64,000 nt of DNA. Origin: Octopus sinensis. Lineage: Eukaryota. The stretch's first letter is position 1, and every line of letters begins with the position of its first letter. The stretch covers positions 74,400,001-74,464,000 of the forward strand of contig NC_043007.1 of assembly GCF_006345805.1 (NCBI RefSeq), written 5' to 3'. Below the pieces are notes generated by a model, which worked only from the letters and a program-made list of their open reading frames with translations, made no database searches and had not been told where the DNA came from. Shown piece by piece: positions 62,383-64,000 of this stretch. The position numbers and the translations under genes were made by a program.

Positions 62383-63368
62383 GGTGGGCTTCTATCAGTT
62401 TCTGTCTACCAAATCGACTCAGAAGGGCTTTGGTTGGCCTAAGGCTACAGTAGAAGATATTTGAGCATGGTGCCACACAGTGGGACTGAACCCAGATCAT
62501 GTGGTTTGGAAACAAGCTTCTTACTACACCATCATGCCTGATGGGCAAAATACTTAGTGGCATTTCTTCCAGCTATTTACATTCTGTGTTAAAAGCTTCC
62601 CTAGATCAACTTTGCCATTCATAGTTTTGGGGTGGATAAAATAAAGTGCCAGTCATGCACTGAGACTGCTGTAATCAACAAACCCCCCTTCCACTAACAT
62701 TGCTGGCTTTTCGCCGACATTTGAAAGAATGTTGGTTTTGTGAAAATGTTTTTTGCTTATTGAATCTAGGGTTATATACTCTTTGTTATATATGAAGGCT
62801 TGTGGCCTGTTGGTTAAGGTGTTGTACCCATGATCGTCAGATCCTGGGTTTGATTTCTGGACTGGGCAGCATGTTGTGTTGTTGAGCAAAACACTTCATT
62901 TCACATTACTCTAGTGCTGTGTGGGGATTGGCATGTCAAAGAATAGACCCCCACATTTCCTCTGCGTGTTGTGAAAGGCAACTAAAAGAGGTTGAAGTAG
63001 GATTTGCACTCTGACCTCATAAAGCCCTCTTCACCAACAATGACTACCCAAAGAGACCCATGGGTTGGAGTGTAGTCATCTGATTGGCGGAAAGGTGTCA
63101 TCCACCAGGAGTAGTAGGGAATAACCAACAAATGGTGAGTGCAGCAACATACTGTTACAGTGTATACCTCCATATTACTACTACTACTACATGTAGGGGT
63201 TATCTGCTCTTTATTGTTTTTTTTTTTATTTTATAAAGGGTTTTTCTAAGTATAAATAATACTATTTATACTTATAAATCATATTATTTCAGTTTAGTGT
63301 TATTATTTATCAATTTATTAATTTATTTTGTATTTTTTCCTTGTTATTTTCTTTTTCATTTTGTTTAG

Positions 63369-63422
63369 ATGACCCCTACTGTTGACAGCTTGATATTACC
63401 AGATGTGAAGTTTTATTCCAAA
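63369..63422 (+). CDS. Probable further coding exon of the same gene (MTPTVDSLILPDVKFYSK)
   Basis: Long T-rich tract ending ttgtttag, 54 nt open in phase 0, AAA|gtatat donor, within a TE-free stretch. No homology support. Confidence 0.5.
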
Positions 63423-64000
63423 GTATATATTTTTTAATGGATTGAAAGCATTCTTTTTTTTTTTTACCTTTTAATCTTTTATCTTTATTTGAAACTTTAA
63501 ACTGCTAACCTTCACAATTGCTATAGCTGCCCACTGTTTTGCTTTTTTTTGATTCTCTAAAACTTCTTAGAAATACATCTTCATTTATATGTCAGTGACC
63601 AAACACCAGGAGCAGATGTTAGTTTAAATCTCTGCTCCAGTTATTCCTTGTCTTTTACACAAAGTATCTCTTCATCCCTATACACTCGGTAAAGTGTTAT
63701 GTTTTATCAATACTGATCATAAGCACTTTGTGCTGATCTTAATGTATGCCATACAAATATGTAAGAGATGATGAAAAAGAAGGGCTCATACAAAAGGGAT
63801 TAGATTGTATTGAAATTTTAACTCCTTAACCATGACTTCAAGTATTTCCCTTTCTGTCTTGGTATACCTAGACTTTTATTTTGCAGTGTTGTGCTTAGCT
63901 TCACCTTTTGATTGCAAGAAAACTGTCCAACAAAATAATTTTTCATTTTTTTTTTTTGTTAAAGATTAGGATAATTAAAAGAAAATAGGAAGCAAGTTTC

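Noticed and set aside
1-64000. Bacterial, viral or organellar insert, or a novel multi-gene system
   Set aside because: There are no long ORFs beyond TE fragments, no operon-like structure, and no rRNA or mitochondrial sequence was recognised.

Overview
Eukaryotic, AT-rich, repeat-dense genomic DNA, not prokaryotic. The SINE, LINE and MITE families match ones I recall from Octopus (coleoid cephalopod) genomes. The window lies inside one large + strand gene of the CCDC9/CCDC9B family. Five small exons are supported: 28056-28148 (ATG at 28137), 41296-41418, 48861-48929, 50097-50186 and, tentatively, 63369-63422. They join in phase 0 into a 116-aa N-terminus (MASQ|HMNADKELFLDILTKEEREALLTKKMEEIRKKNEALRKRHE|EIEADKRQAEKMVKPTSPKKEIK|SVDFKPVKKEEFHRHSGSDFDYLKLRTDME|MTPTVDSLILPDVKFYSK). 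No promoter or 3' end of the gene was found in the window. The rest is intron filled with several tRNA-derived SINE families, 5'-truncated LINEs (RTE, CR1, Tx1/L1, R4/Dong), a near-full-length decayed mariner, an internally deleted second mariner, piggyBac-, hAT- and pogo-like MITEs, a non-autonomous Helitron, a Helentron-type HINE, a Ginger-like foldback MITE, Penelope-like palindromes and microsatellites. The most notable signals are a candidate zero-length recursive splice site (TAG|GTAAGT at 5851/5852), a 122-bp-arm palindrome carrying two mirror-image hammerhead-ribozyme-like motifs (53228-53474), the Ginger-like hairpin element (58420-58698) and the Helitron (10125-11948). Apart from the TE-derived frames and the one overlapping the 50097 exon, the ORFs in the supplied track look spurious. 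No CRISPR, rRNA or true tRNA gene is supported. All family assignments come from motif recognition by eye, without database searches, and boundaries marked approximate may be off by some bases.
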